Of a stretch of 64,000 bases of DNA, positions 50,979-61,700 are shown piece after piece. The position numbers and the translations under genes are program-made. How positions within the stretch are numbered: the first letter of the stretch is position 1; every line of letters starts with the position of its first letter. The notes beneath the pieces were generated by a model. The model was not told the DNA's origin and did not search any database. It saw only the letters and a list, made by a program, of their open reading frames with translations. Source of the stretch: an uncultured Thermoanaerobaculia bacterium (GTDB lineage Bacteria; Acidobacteriota; Thermoanaerobaculia; Thermoanaerobaculales; Sulfomarinibacteraceae); NCBI GenBank assembly GCA_964423595.1, contig CAYRFI010000001.1:21598-85597 (forward strand), in the 5' to 3' direction.

Positions 50979-53629
50979 CGTTGAAGCCTGATCGTTGCGC
51001 AGGCGCCGCCGTGCTCCAGATTCTCGAGCCCGATTTCGCCGCCAAGTTGCGCGATCATATCACGCGTGATGGCGAGGCCGAGGCCGGTCCCGCCACGTTC
51101 TGTCTTGGTCGTGAAAAATGGTTCGAAGACCTTTTCACCAACCTCTTCGGGCACGCCGGGCCCGGAATCTTCGACCCGGATCTCGGCCCAATCGGTATCT
51201 CCTTCGACGAAGAACCGAACGACGCCGTCAGGCGGCGACGCCTCGATGGCGTTGCGGACCAGATTCCCGATTGCAAGTTCCAGCGGCCCGACAGATGCCC
51301 ACACCATCACCGGCTCTCCGGCCTCCGACACCTCGAGCCTCTCCTCGGCGCCCAGAGACCGCGCGGCGTCCTGAGCCGCTCGCACGGCGACTGTGGCCAC
51401 ATCGAGAACCATTCGACTGTCAGTTGAATCACGCACCATGGCGCGCAGATTGGAGACGATCCGCGAAACGCGAAAGCTCTGGTCAACGAGCTTCGAGACA
51501 ACGGTTGCCCGGGGATCGTCCTCCGGCGTCATTTTCCCGAGCATCTGAGCAAATGACGAGATTCCGGTGAGAGGGGTATTGATCTCGTGCGCGAGACCTG
51601 AGGCGAGACGGCCAAGGCCGGCGAGACGTTCCTGCTCGCGCATCCGGTCCTGAAGATCACGCAACTCGCTGACGTCCTGAAGCACGACTACCCTGCCGTT
51701 GAAGCTGCCGCTGTCGAGCTCGAGGACCGACACCGCCAAAATGACCCTCCGTGGAGGATCGGAGAACGTGCGGGCTTCGGTATTGACCGCGTGGACAGGG
51801 AGCTCGCCGCGCCATTCCTCGGGCAGGTCGACCAGGCTCCCGAGACCGAGACCGACCAGCGCCCCCGCTTTTCGGCCGAAGATGCCGGCGGCCTGCCTAT
51901 TGGCCGAAAGGATGTGGGCCGCAGCATCGCAGACCAGAATCGCCGCGGCCGAGGACTCGATGATTCGCTGGGTATTGGTGTGGAGGATCCGATACTCTTC
52001 GGCCTGGTGCCGGAGGTCGTCCAGATATCGTGCGCTTTCCAGGGCGAGCGCTGCTTGGGCGACAAATGTGGCAACCACCTCCTCTCCCTCCGATCCGAGG
52101 GGAAAGACCCCACGACGTAACCCGAGGTACAGCAGTCCGTGCACGATCCCGACGCGCTCGAGCGGCACCCGCACGGCATAGCCGAGTGTCGCCAGAGGGG
52201 CTTCGTACTCTCCGGGAAAATCCGTTTCGGGAACCTTCCCGGGCAGCCGCATCGGCAAAAGATCCTCGTCACCCGTGATGCGCTCGAAGCTCTCACCGGG
52301 AGTGAGCAAATAGGTCGCCACCAGATCGAACGCGAGACCTTCAGTCAATGTTTCCGACAGTCTTATGAGGACCTCGCGCGGGTCGGTCACCCGCGCCAGC
52401 TCACGACTTGCCCCGGTGAGCAACGACCGGGGCGCTGGCCGCCCCTGGTGGAGCCACTGATCGAGGAATCGCTCGACCCGCAAGCGAACCGGTTGTAACA
52501 GCACCACCAACAGAACGCCGGTGGCGAAAGCAAAGAGGTTACGGAGTGAACCCAGACCACCTGCGTATCTCAGGAGAAGGTGATTCGTGAGGGCGAAGAT
52601 GAAGCCGCCGGTGACGACTACCAGAGTCGCCGAGAGAGAGTCGCGACTGATTGGCTCGAGATCCCACAGGCGGTGACCCTTGAGTGCCGCCACCCAGGTC
52701 AAAGGAATGGCGCTGATTGGAAAGACCGCAAGCCATGAAAACGGCTCGAACGGAATACCAACCCATCGCGGGATCATGACCAGCACGAGAAACGGCGCCA
52801 GACCGACGAAGAGCCCGAGGGCGGCCCACTCGATCTGGCGCCGGATGCGCACCTCCCGGCCCGCCGTCCGCCAACGCCAGATCTGGAGGATGACGCCAAA
52901 TATCATCGATGACACGAAGAGGACCCTGAGCAGCGATGCCACGGCCGGCCACCATGCTTCGGCGTCCGCGAAGAAGACCGTCACCGCGGAAACTGCCGTA
53001 GCCGTCAGGGTCAAGAGGTCCCACATCCGCATCGACCGGTCGCGCTCGGGGAAGATAGCGAAGAACCTTACGATCAGGAACGGCAGGGCCGCCCCAACGC
53101 CGCGTCGAATGATCTGGAAGAGGAGTTCGGCGGAGGCGATGCGGTTGGGGACTGCTCCGAGAATCAGCGCCGCAACAGCGAGCAACAAAAAGGTCGCCGC
53201 CTCTCTTCTTCGGGTGCCCCACACCGCAACAAGTGCGCAACCCAGCCCGAGAAATCCGACCGCGGTCCGCGCGAGATAGACCGAGTTGAATTTTGGCGGA
53301 GGCGAGCGGAACCGACGCACCGAGATGGTGCCGTCGGCACGGCGAATCCTTAGATCGTGTTCTTCCCCGCCGGCGAGCATGAACGCTGGATCGTCCAACC
53401 GTTGAATCGATACACCATCGACCTCGATCACGGTGTCGCCCTCGATGAGACCCGAGGCCTCGGCGGTCGACCCGGTCGGGACCTCGTTGATCACCAACCC
53501 CTCCTCGACCCAGGAAACCGGAAAGTCGAGGCGATAAAAGCTCCGTACCGTGCGAATCAGGGATGTCCCTGACACGATCACGACAAAGACGGCGATCAAA
53601 GTCAGAAGAATGCGTTTCGTACGCATCAC
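50951..53629 (-). CDS. Polytopic sensor histidine kinase with an N-terminal extracytoplasmic PDZ domain
   Basis: TM1, then PDZ (..GLVINEVPTGSTAEASGLIEGDTVIEVDGVSIQ..), about 7 further TM helices, GAF/PAS-like regions, the H-box GRLASGLAHEINTPL, and ATPase motifs DSGPGVP and GTGLGLA. 28-nt overlap with the ntrC-like gene. Confidence 0.8.
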   Translation of the reverse strand: MMRTKRILLTLIAVFVVIVSGTSLIRTVRSFYRLDFPVSWVEEGLVINEVPTGSTAEASGLIEGDTVIEVDGVSIQRLDDPAFMLAGGEEHDLRIRRADGTISVRRFRSPPPKFNSVYLARTAVGFLGLGCALVAVWGTRRREAATFLLLAVAALILGAVPNRIASAELLFQIIRRGVGAALPFLIVRFFAIFPERDRSMRMWDLLTLTATAVSAVTVFFADAEAWWPAVASLLRVLFVSSMIFGVILQIWRWRTAGREVRIRRQIEWAALGLFVGLAPFLVLVMIPRWVGIPFEPFSWLAVFPISAIPLTWVAALKGHRLWDLEPISRDSLSATLVVVTGGFIFALTNHLLLRYAGGLGSLRNLFAFATGVLLVVLLQPVRLRVERFLDQWLHQGRPAPRSLLTGASRELARVTDPREVLIRLSETLTEGLAFDLVATYLLTPGESFERITGDEDLLPMRLPGKVPETDFPGEYEAPLATLGYAVRVPLERVGIVHGLLYLGLRRGVFPLGSEGEEVVATFVAQAALALESARYLDDLRHQAEEYRILHTNTQRIIESSAAAILVCDAAAHILSANRQAAGIFGRKAGALVGLGLGSLVDLPEEWRGELPVHAVNTEARTFSDPPRRVILAVSVLELDSGSFNGRVVVLQDVSELRDLQDRMREQERLAGLGRLASGLAHEINTPLTGISSFAQMLGKMTPEDDPRATVVSKLVDQSFRVSRIVSNLRAMVRDSTDSRMVLDVATVAVRAAQDAARSLGAEERLEVSEAGEPVMVWASVGPLELAIGNLVRNAIEASPPDGVVRFFVEGDTDWAEIRVEDSGPGVPEEVGEKVFEPFFTTKTERGGTGLGLAITRDMIAQLGGEIGLENLEHGGACATIRLQRWQETEPSS

Positions 53630-53878
53630 ACAAGTATAGGCACAACAGTACGATATGGGCTCGAAAAATGGCTCAGTCGTCGAATTGCCGAGACGAGCCC
53701 TTCGTCTCCATTCCCAGAGGTCCTTTCACCACGATACGAGATTCAAGATACAGGATCTGCCCACCCACCCCGAGGGGGAGAGACCATTTTTGATCTTGCA
53801 TTTTGGATATTGCATCCATCAATCGGATACTGGAGCGGGCTGCGTCAGGGAAATAGACGGGGCAGCTACCGGAGAAAT

Positions 53879-54913
53879 TCAAGCACCAAGGGCGCGATCG
53901 CTGTTTCCGACCTCGTATGGTCGATCAACTGTGATGACGCCGGCAAGGAGCATGTCCCTGACTGCGAGACCAATCTGTCCCCGACTGAACGGCAGCAGCT
54001 CGGTCAAGAGCCCCCATCCACACGGTTGGGCAGAAAGCTGGTGCCAGATCTGTTCGACAAGATCGGAATCGGGCTCCGAGTTCCATACCAGATGTCCGGC
54101 AGATGGGCGAAGGAAGGCGGTCTCCGGAACTGTAACCGCGAAGTGAGCGAATTCGTCCTGAATTCGCGCCGCCTCGATGAGCAACGGCTGTAACGGGAGG
54201 TACTGATCGGTTTCAGCTGGTGACGACAGGTTCGAAAACCTGAAGGTCCCCTGTTGCGGTGGTGAGTTCAAGATTTCCAGAAACGCCTCGGGGCCGGCGA
54301 GATTTCCGCAGAGGATGCGTCCGATCATCTTGCCCCGGGTGTGGATTGCGCCGAAGGTGTTGCCCTCCTGGTCGTTCACCTCGAGCACCCCTGTGGCGCC
54401 CGACTCGACGACGGTCTGGAGGATCGCCGGAAGATCGAAGTGCTCGAGCTTGCCGCGGAGATTGCTCCCGCTGTGCGCGCCGAGGTTGGCCACGGTCCCT
54501 TCGAGGCGCCGCGCCAGGCTTTGCAGATAGTGGAGAGCGAAATCTCGCGAGGTATAGAGTTGACGAAGCAAGACTGGACGCGGCCACTGCAGAGTGGTCC
54601 CTCCCTCGGGAAAGTGGGCCATGGAGTTGAAGGCGGTGCCGGTGAGGACCTTGGCCTCGGACATCGTCGATCCCGCTCCGATATAGGCCACCGGTTGCAG
54701 CCCGATCTCCCGGCTCTCCTCTCGACAGATCTCGACCACGCCATCAAGCACCAGGTAGAGGGCCGCCGGCACCTCACCGGGGCGAAAAAGCACACCCCCG
54801 GCCGGTTGCACATCAACCCCGCCGAGTCGTGCCAAAGACATCTGCTCGTCAGGGGGCATACCGTGAAAAAATGGGCAATCCCTGATCGCCCGCACGAGAT
54901 CCTCGAAGAGCAT
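53879..54913 (-). CDS. Cyclic-nucleotide-binding-like domain protein with a DUF4388 (PatA-N-like) domain
   Basis: The N-terminus ..CPFFHGMPPDEQMSLARLG...LFRPGEVPAALYLVLDGVVEI.. shows the CAP_ED fold pattern. The middle ..GKLEHFDLPAILQTVVESGATGVLEVNDQEGNTFGAIHTRGKMI.. is the DUF4388 signature. Confidence 0.65.
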   Translation of the reverse strand: MLFEDLVRAIRDCPFFHGMPPDEQMSLARLGGVDVQPAGGVLFRPGEVPAALYLVLDGVVEICREESREIGLQPVAYIGAGSTMSEAKVLTGTAFNSMAHFPEGGTTLQWPRPVLLRQLYTSRDFALHYLQSLARRLEGTVANLGAHSGSNLRGKLEHFDLPAILQTVVESGATGVLEVNDQEGNTFGAIHTRGKMIGRILCGNLAGPEAFLEILNSPPQQGTFRFSNLSSPAETDQYLPLQPLLIEAARIQDEFAHFAVTVPETAFLRPSAGHLVWNSEPDSDLVEQIWHQLSAQPCGWGLLTELLPFSRGQIGLAVRDMLLAGVITVDRPYEVGNSDRALGA

Positions 54914-55031
54914 TTCGAATTTGTATCACAAATCGCCCTGATGTGTTCAACCGATGACCAATTCAGAGGGCTGGCGCCCCAGTATTTTCGCTGAAACCCA
55001 CTCTCGGTCAGCCACCAGATACAATGGGGGG

Positions 55032-57368
55032 ATGGCACGCGACGAGAAGACCGCGGATGCTTTCCGGCAGGTGCTGCAGGAAGAGCTCCGCAACCCCGTC
55101 TATCTGACGCAGACGGAGGTTGACGGCGGTTGGTGCGATCTCTTCCCCGTGCTCGCGGCGTCGCTACCCGCCCCATTCCCCATCTTCGGGCGCGACGAAG
55201 AAAAGGTCGTCACATGGGGCTATCCGTTGCTCCTCTCGGAGGGGGTGCTCAAGCTGCGACGCGACCTCGAAGCCCTGGTCGAAGCCGAGGCGGAGTACCG
55301 ACTTCGCTCGCAAATCGGTGACGGCGACGACAAGCAGCGGATGATGACCCACCGTGACCGCTACCACAGGTCCATTTCTGCAACCTTGGAAAACGTCGTC
55401 ATGAACGACTACCACCGGGGGCTGGTGGATCTCTTTCTTCTCTTTCACACAGGCGAGGTCACGCGGGCCCTTGCAAAGGTGTCAAAGGCGGTCAATGGGC
55501 CGTATTCCGGCCCCGTGCGAGATGATGGCTACGACATACGCCAGGCCATCGCCACGGTCATCGCCGATCTCCTGCGACGTGCCGCGCTGACTGCAGTCGA
55601 CCATCTCAAACAGCTGGCAAGGGTGCAGGTCACCCCTGCTCTTACCCCACTGCTCGGTATCATCTGCCAGGACCAGTTGCTCCTCATCGATTCCCGTCCG
55701 CCGCAAGAGCTCTCTCAGCTCAGCTCGTATATGCAGGCGCGATTTCGACAGAAGGCCGAGGCCGTGGTCGAAGCCAACAACGAGGTGCTCGAGCGCCTCC
55801 GCGATCTGGTGGCACGAAGACCTGAGGTTGGCAGTCTCCTCCGGCTGGCGGTCGGCTCGAGTCTCAAGCTCGATCGACCTGAGTCCTTGCTTGAACCAAA
55901 GCTCTTAGACGCCATCCAAACCGCCGGACTCGCGGACACTCTGCACCTTTCGGTGATGCAGATCGACCTCCTGCACGACCTCGGTCTCCGGCTCAAGACG
56001 TTCGAGCTGCTCGCCGCATTGAGAAGACGCATACTGCCCATGCAGCGACAGGGAACAACCCTCGTGCTCAAGGGACGCTCCTCGGCGACACCAATTGCCA
56101 AGACCACCCGCCCCTACGATTTCACTGCGCCCGGCGTCGTCGACTCCTCGGTCCGCCGTTTCGGGCTGATCTACGATCTTTCGAACTTCACCACCGTCCT
56201 CGAAGAGGTCCGCAAAGCCGGGCGGATGGCCGAAGAGCGGGCGCTCCAATTCATGTATGTGTTTCAAAACCGCCTCGAGGCGATTCGCCTACGGCGTCGT
56301 CTGACCTTCGAGAAGTTCCTCGGCGACGGCGCTTTCTACACCTCACGGCGAGCCGTTCGGGTGATTGCGGCAGCGTGCGAAATCCAGCAGGTCTACGAGC
56401 AGCTCCGAAACATCGGCTTCCCGTTCAATCACGGCGTTCGCATCGCTCTCAACTTCGGCGTCTACCGCCTGCTTCCAATGTTGCATCCGGGCCCGGAGGC
56501 GAAGAGATTCGAGTTCTTCGGTCACGGCATTGTCGAGCTTGCACGCCTGACCACCGGCAAGAGCGCGCGCGAGGTCTCCGACATCGCCGAGTTTCTCGTT
56601 CATTCCGGCTATGACCCCGGGGAGGTCGATCTCTTCCTGTCACCGTTGGCCTCTGTCCGCAGCGGACAGGAGCAGATCTCGACCCGATCGTATGCCGCCA
56701 CCATCGACGGTCATGGCGAACTGGTCAACGAGGGCATCGTCGTCGCGATGCCATTCATCGAGGAGCTCGAGCTCGAGATGGAGATTTCGACTCTTGAGGT
56801 GACGACCTTCGACAGCCTCCGATGGGTGTTTTTCCCCGTTGATCCAGGAATGCCCGACACCCTGTATGTTGGCCTCCGTTATCTCGGAGTGGCCCGGCTC
56901 AAGGGTCTTCCACCCCAGGAGTTGGCGGAAGCGATCGTGTTGACGCAGACGCCGGAGGATCGCGAGGAGATCCCGTTCAAGGGTTCGCTTGTCGGCATTC
57001 TCCGTCACCACACCCAGGGCGCCCAGTCGCCGAGGGACGACTCGCCGACCACGGAAGAGACCATCGAAACAAATCTCCTGGTCATCACCTACCTGCTCGA
57101 GGATGGAAGGAGAAAGTGGATCTTCGGCGAATACAGGGATTCGGACGACGTTCTCCTGCACGCGATTCAGGTGCCCATTCAAACACCGGAGCTCAAGCCC
57201 GGGGAACCGATGGAAATGTGGCTCTTCCGTAATCGATTCGAACTCGCCAGGATTTACGAAAGCCTTCGGCGCGAGTCCGCAGGCATGGCGACCCCCCTGG
57301 CCACCCTCCGCAGCCGCCCGGGATATCTGGCGTGTTTCCTGGCGGCTCCGCATCGGGCCCTGGGATAG
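55032..57368 (+). CDS. 778-aa hypothetical protein with a central class-III nucleotidyl-cyclase-like (CHD) domain
   Basis: FGLIYDLSNFTTVLEE (F.D..GFT-like metal Asp), EKFLGDGAFYTS (GD metal Asp), VRIALNFGVY, FFGHGIVELARLTTG (G..VN.A.R-like, with Asn replaced by Glu). The N-terminal ~390 aa and C-terminal ~200 aa are unrecognised. Start at MARDEKT. Confidence 0.5.
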   Translation: MARDEKTADAFRQVLQEELRNPVYLTQTEVDGGWCDLFPVLAASLPAPFPIFGRDEEKVVTWGYPLLLSEGVLKLRRDLEALVEAEAEYRLRSQIGDGDDKQRMMTHRDRYHRSISATLENVVMNDYHRGLVDLFLLFHTGEVTRALAKVSKAVNGPYSGPVRDDGYDIRQAIATVIADLLRRAALTAVDHLKQLARVQVTPALTPLLGIICQDQLLLIDSRPPQELSQLSSYMQARFRQKAEAVVEANNEVLERLRDLVARRPEVGSLLRLAVGSSLKLDRPESLLEPKLLDAIQTAGLADTLHLSVMQIDLLHDLGLRLKTFELLAALRRRILPMQRQGTTLVLKGRSSATPIAKTTRPYDFTAPGVVDSSVRRFGLIYDLSNFTTVLEEVRKAGRMAEERALQFMYVFQNRLEAIRLRRRLTFEKFLGDGAFYTSRRAVRVIAAACEIQQVYEQLRNIGFPFNHGVRIALNFGVYRLLPMLHPGPEAKRFEFFGHGIVELARLTTGKSAREVSDIAEFLVHSGYDPGEVDLFLSPLASVRSGQEQISTRSYAATIDGHGELVNEGIVVAMPFIEELELEMEISTLEVTTFDSLRWVFFPVDPGMPDTLYVGLRYLGVARLKGLPPQELAEAIVLTQTPEDREEIPFKGSLVGILRHHTQGAQSPRDDSPTTEETIETNLLVITYLLEDGRRKWIFGEYRDSDDVLLHAIQVPIQTPELKPGEPMEMWLFRNRFELARIYESLRRESAGMATPLATLRSRPGYLACFLAAPHRALG

Positions 57369-57370
57369 AG

Positions 57371-57441
57371 GGCTTTACGGCTTTACGGCTATCAGGCGCC
57401 GTCTTCGCCCGATGCTGGATGCTCGATGCTGGACTCTCGAT
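57371..57441. repeat. Two short tandem repeats (GGCTTTAC x2.5 and GATGCTG-like heptamer x4)
   Basis: GGCTTTACGGCTTTACGGCT (57371-57390); GATGCTG GATGCTC GATGCTG GACTCTC GAT (57411-57441), followed by CCGCCCACCCATCCA, which is also present at 49487-49501. Confidence 0.8.
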
Positions 57442-57486
57442 CCGCCCACCCATCCAAAAACACGAAGACGGATACGCGCACGGAAC

Positions 57487-58419
57487 TCATTTCTCAAGCG
57501 CTTCTTCGAGGATCTTCTGATAGCTCTTGAAACGGTGCTCGGCGATCTCGCCCACTTGAACTCCTGCGAGGACCGCGCAATCCGGTTCGTGGTCGTGGGT
57601 GCAATCGGGAAAGCGGCAGTCGCGGCTCCGGCTCGCAATCTCCGGAAAGGCCGCATCGAGCTCCTCTCGTGTGGCCTCCCACACTCCGAACTCTTTGAGA
57701 CCCGGAGTGTCAACCACGAATCCCCCGTATGGCAACGGCATGAGCTCGGCAACCGAGGTGGTGTGCTTCCCCTTGCCAGTGCCTTCCGAAAGCTCACCCA
57801 CCTTGAGTCGAAACCCGGGATAGACCGCGTTGAGAAGCGACGACTTGCCGGCGCCGGAGGGACCACAGAAGAGAGTAGTGCGATCCACCAGCATCCGCTT
57901 GACAACCCCCAGGCCCCAGCCGGTGCGCGCTGATACCAGGAGCACGCGATTGTCGAGGTGAGAATAGGCCGGCAGCCATTGTTGGACCTCCTCGAGCCCC
58001 TGGTCGGTCTTGTTGATCGTAATGACCGCTTTGATTCCCGCCAAACGACATGCGACCAGGAAGCGATCCAGGAGACCCGGTTTGGGCGCCGGTTCGCGGG
58101 CAGCGAAGACAAGCAGGGCCTGGTCGACATTCGCCACCAGTATCTGGGCGCGGTTCTTCGACGGTGCCTTGCGAAGAAGGCAATTGCGGCGAGCGTTGAC
58201 GGCGGTAATGACTCCGTTCTCGGCCCGCATCTCCACGGCCACCGAATCACCGACGACCAGGCGAGCTGCTGTCGGCGTTCCGCCCTCCCAGTTGAGGCGT
58301 CGCCGAGACGCAACCACGAGGGTCTCGTCTCCGACTTGCACTCGGACCAACGGGCCGTGCATTGCGATGACTGTGCCGTCGAGAATTCTCATGTCGGCGG
58401 AGAGTATAGCTAACATCAA
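57487..58419 (-). CDS. rsgA: Ribosome small-subunit-dependent GTPase RsgA (YjeQ)
   Basis: Circularly permuted GTPase: ..ITINKTDQ.., GPSGAGKSSLLNAV, ..DTPGLKEF... Zinc knuckle CRFPDCTHDHEPDCAV. Confidence 0.9.
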   Translation of the reverse strand: MMLAILSADMRILDGTVIAMHGPLVRVQVGDETLVVASRRRLNWEGGTPTAARLVVGDSVAVEMRAENGVITAVNARRNCLLRKAPSKNRAQILVANVDQALLVFAAREPAPKPGLLDRFLVACRLAGIKAVITINKTDQGLEEVQQWLPAYSHLDNRVLLVSARTGWGLGVVKRMLVDRTTLFCGPSGAGKSSLLNAVYPGFRLKVGELSEGTGKGKHTTSVAELMPLPYGGFVVDTPGLKEFGVWEATREELDAAFPEIASRSRDCRFPDCTHDHEPDCAVLAGVQVGEIAEHRFKSYQKILEEALEK

Positions 58420-58446
58420 GGGCTTCTCAGAATGAGGCGTTCTCGC

Positions 58447-58630
58447 TTAGCCCGCATTATTCATGAGGTCTCGTCGCGAGGGCGGCGAGGTGCCATTCCC
58501 CGTGGGGTTTGCGACCTGAGGGGCGCGGACGCGTACTTGACGGTACGTGGAGCACCCCGAGGCGAGAAAACACCGCGGGGTGTTGTGCATCGTCGCCCGC
58601 AGTAGAGACTTCATGAATAATGCGGGTTAG
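58447..58630. mobile_element. MITE copy B (176-bp element 58451-58626 plus 4-bp TTAG direct repeats), inverted relative to copy A
   Basis: Same TIRs CCCGCATTATTCATGA...TCATGAATAATGCGGG. Flanked by TTAG (58447-58450) and TTAG (58627-58630). The internal sequence is the exact reverse complement of 5709-5884 by my comparison. Confidence 0.85.
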
Positions 58631-58797
58631 CTCTGATGCCACCGGCCGTCGACGTGAGGGGTCATGAGTCAAGAGTCAAGACGGGCCCGATTATTTCGAG
58701 CCTTGAGGCTGCATATCCGACACACCCTTCACTTTTAACTCTTGATACGTAACCTGTTGCGGCCACGCGCCAGCGAGAACCAGACGCGCTGAACGAG

Positions 58798-61700
58798 CTA
58801 CTCCGTAACGCGCTCCAGCCGTGGGGGGCGGGTGGTCAGCTCGTCGATTGCCTGACAGAAGCGCGCGAAGGCTCGGTAGTTCTCCGGCGCGACCGTCTGT
58901 GCGGGCAGCTCGACGCGCAGCACCGACCGCTGGGTACCATCGACCGGCTCGAGCGTCTCGCTGACCGATCCCCACTCGGCATCGAGTCGTCGCGGATGCC
59001 TCTTTATCGGCGCCCATCCAGGCGGTGGCACGAGGTCAAGCTGGATTCTGCGCTCGATCGGCACCCGTATCATCACGGGATAGATGCGCTCCGGCAGGCG
59101 CGCCAGCATCGGCACCACCGGGTTGGCGAGAATCAGGCTTCGACACACGAGCTCGCCGTCCTCCGCGTCACACGCACCGGGAACGGTGATATCGAGATGG
59201 ATGGTCGCGCCATCCTCGGTCTTCTCGATTTCGCCATCGACCGTATCGGCTCCAGAAAACATGGAAAGTGCCATCTGCCGGTAGACCATACCGACCTGAT
59301 CCTCCGGAACGCTCTCCACCCTTTCGAGAAGCCTGGCGGCCTGACCGCCCCGAAGCGGCATGGTGAAGGCTATGTGCGCGCCACCATCGGCGTCGACGGT
59401 CGCGCGCACGGCAAACTCGTCGACCAGATCCGGGTTGGAAAAGGTCGGCAATTTTTCGATGCGCACCACCGGCTGACGGGGATTGGAAAGCGGCAACACC
59501 AGTCCGTCACTTCCCTGGAAAAGGACATGGATCGAGCCGACCCCGCGGCGTTCCTCGCGGCTGTCAAACCAGATCTCGTCACCGCCATGGGTTACGCGCA
59601 GCAGAGCCACCGGAAAGGCGTCGAGCGTCGGCACCTGGAGACGTTGATCTCGGTCGGTCCAGGGTCGGGTCAGGACAAGGTCGACATCCCACCCCGCCTC
59701 CACGAGCACGGCGGCGACGATACCGAGGCGGTTGCCGCGGCGGCGGCTGAAGCTTTCTCCGGCTGTTTCTGCCACCGAAATCTCAGCGTCCCCCCTGTCA
59801 ACGGTTTCCACCAGCGCATCGACCAGAGATTCGAGCTGCTCCTCGGGCGTCTCGCCGACCAGTACCTCCCGCTCCCACGCCCGGAGCTCCGGCGACGATC
59901 TCAGGATCGGCAACACCCGGTCGCGCACGGCGTCACCCACGTCCTGCCAGCTGACCCCGAATCCGTAGTTGAGCCATGGCATCAGGTCCTGGGCGGGTGG
60001 AGCGAAGGGTTCGGTCGGCATCGGCGGCACGTCCTCCGCCCGCCAATACAGCATCCGCAGGCCCTGCCACTCCTTCTCGCTGCGTTCCAGCCCCTCGAAG
60101 TTGCCGTCCACTTGAATATCCACCTCGGGCGGCACCAGCAGGATGTACTCGGAAAGACCGAAGGCGCGGTCGGGATCGGCAAAACGGTAGATGTAGGGCG
60201 GCAGGTGACCGTCACGCGATGCGCCCGTGGGACCGACCCAGGCCACATACTCTTCCTCGACCACGTCACCGGGTTCGACATCCGAGAGGGTGATACTGCC
60301 CTGACCCGGCTGGAGATCGCTCGGCACCACGAATTCGCCATCCGGTTTGAGGACTCTGATCTTGAAAACGTGGGCGTCCGGCAATGGCTGCAGCATCGAC
60401 GCTCGCCGCGCACCCACCGGCGTGTTAGCTCGGGTCAGCCCGTGATAGTAGTAGATGCTCGACCCGTCAGCGAATATCCGTTCCACCGCCTGGTCGAGAA
60501 GCAGCACAGCATCGACGTCTGCTCCGAGATCGCGATACTTACCGATGAAGTCGTGACCGTCGACGGCAAAGGGCGTGAAGAAAGGCTCGCTCCCGTTGCG
60601 CCACGACAACGTCAGGAGACGAAGATTCGATGGGTTCCGCTCGAGGGCGCCAGCGAGCGCAACATCCAGCGCCCCGCGGTCTTCGCCAGCCAACAGCAAT
60701 CCGAGCTCGTCGAAGATCCTGAGATCTCCCCATCGATTCCGTGCCTGCTCGAGCTCAGTGCGAGCAGCCTCGACATTTCCGTTCTCGAGGAGGAGGGTCA
60801 CCAACTGGACGTCGAGATCCGGGTCCAGAACTTCCGGTGCCAGACTTGCGGTCGCGGCCGCTGCTTCACCGACAAGACAGCTCGATGCCATCTGACCAAT
60901 CCACCGAGTCTCGATCGGGGTCGCAACGGCCAACGCGCGCAGCAGGGATCCCCGTTCACGCCACCGTTCGAGAGAGGCCAGGACCTCGAGCTGAAGATCG
61001 GTAACGGCAAGAGAACCCGGGAGGTCCGCTTCCAGCTGAGTGAGACCCTCCTCGGCTTCGCGCACCCAGCCCCTCCTGACCGTCTCACGGACCCAGGCTC
61101 GCAGTACGCGTGAATCGTTGGGGTAGTCGGTTACCAGTTGATCGATGATGTTTTCAGCGTCCTCGCTGCGTCCCTCACGTATCGCTATCGACCGCTCCAA
61201 GAGGCGCGAACCTGGAATGCCGCTCGCCTCCCTGAGGAGCTGACTGATGTTGCGAGCGCGATCAACTCCAGGCACCCCATTATCAGTCGCTATGAAATGG
61301 CGGGCCAGGGCAAGTGCCACCCACGGATTATCGGGATCGACCACACGGGCGCGATCAATCCACCGGTACTCGTCTTCCGGATCGCTGCGACCGCGCGCCA
61401 ACTGCGCGGCGAGAAGATACTCGGGCACCGGAGCATCCCCGTCCTGGAGGCGCCGCGAGAGCTCGGCGGAGGCAGGCGGCAGCGCGGCAGTGATTTCGGA
61501 GGCCGCCCAATTTTCATCAGCTCGATCGACCCTGGTCAGGCTCCTGGTTGGGTGCCCCTGGTCGTCGAGCACGCTGACGCGAACTTTCGGACCATCGGGC
61601 GACGCAACCTCCAGCCGCAGCCGGTGCACACCCCGAGCGAGGCGCAGGCGGTACCACGCGACTCCTGGATCTACCTGGCCGCAATATCGACGCTGATCGA

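Noticed and set aside
53673-53882. 69-aa - strand ORF in the low-GC spacer upstream of the PDZ kinase
   Set aside because: It has no SD and no recognisable motif, it overlaps the stop region of the cNMP-binding gene, and its composition is atypical. The region is more likely a promoter or regulatory region for the kinase/NtrC operon.
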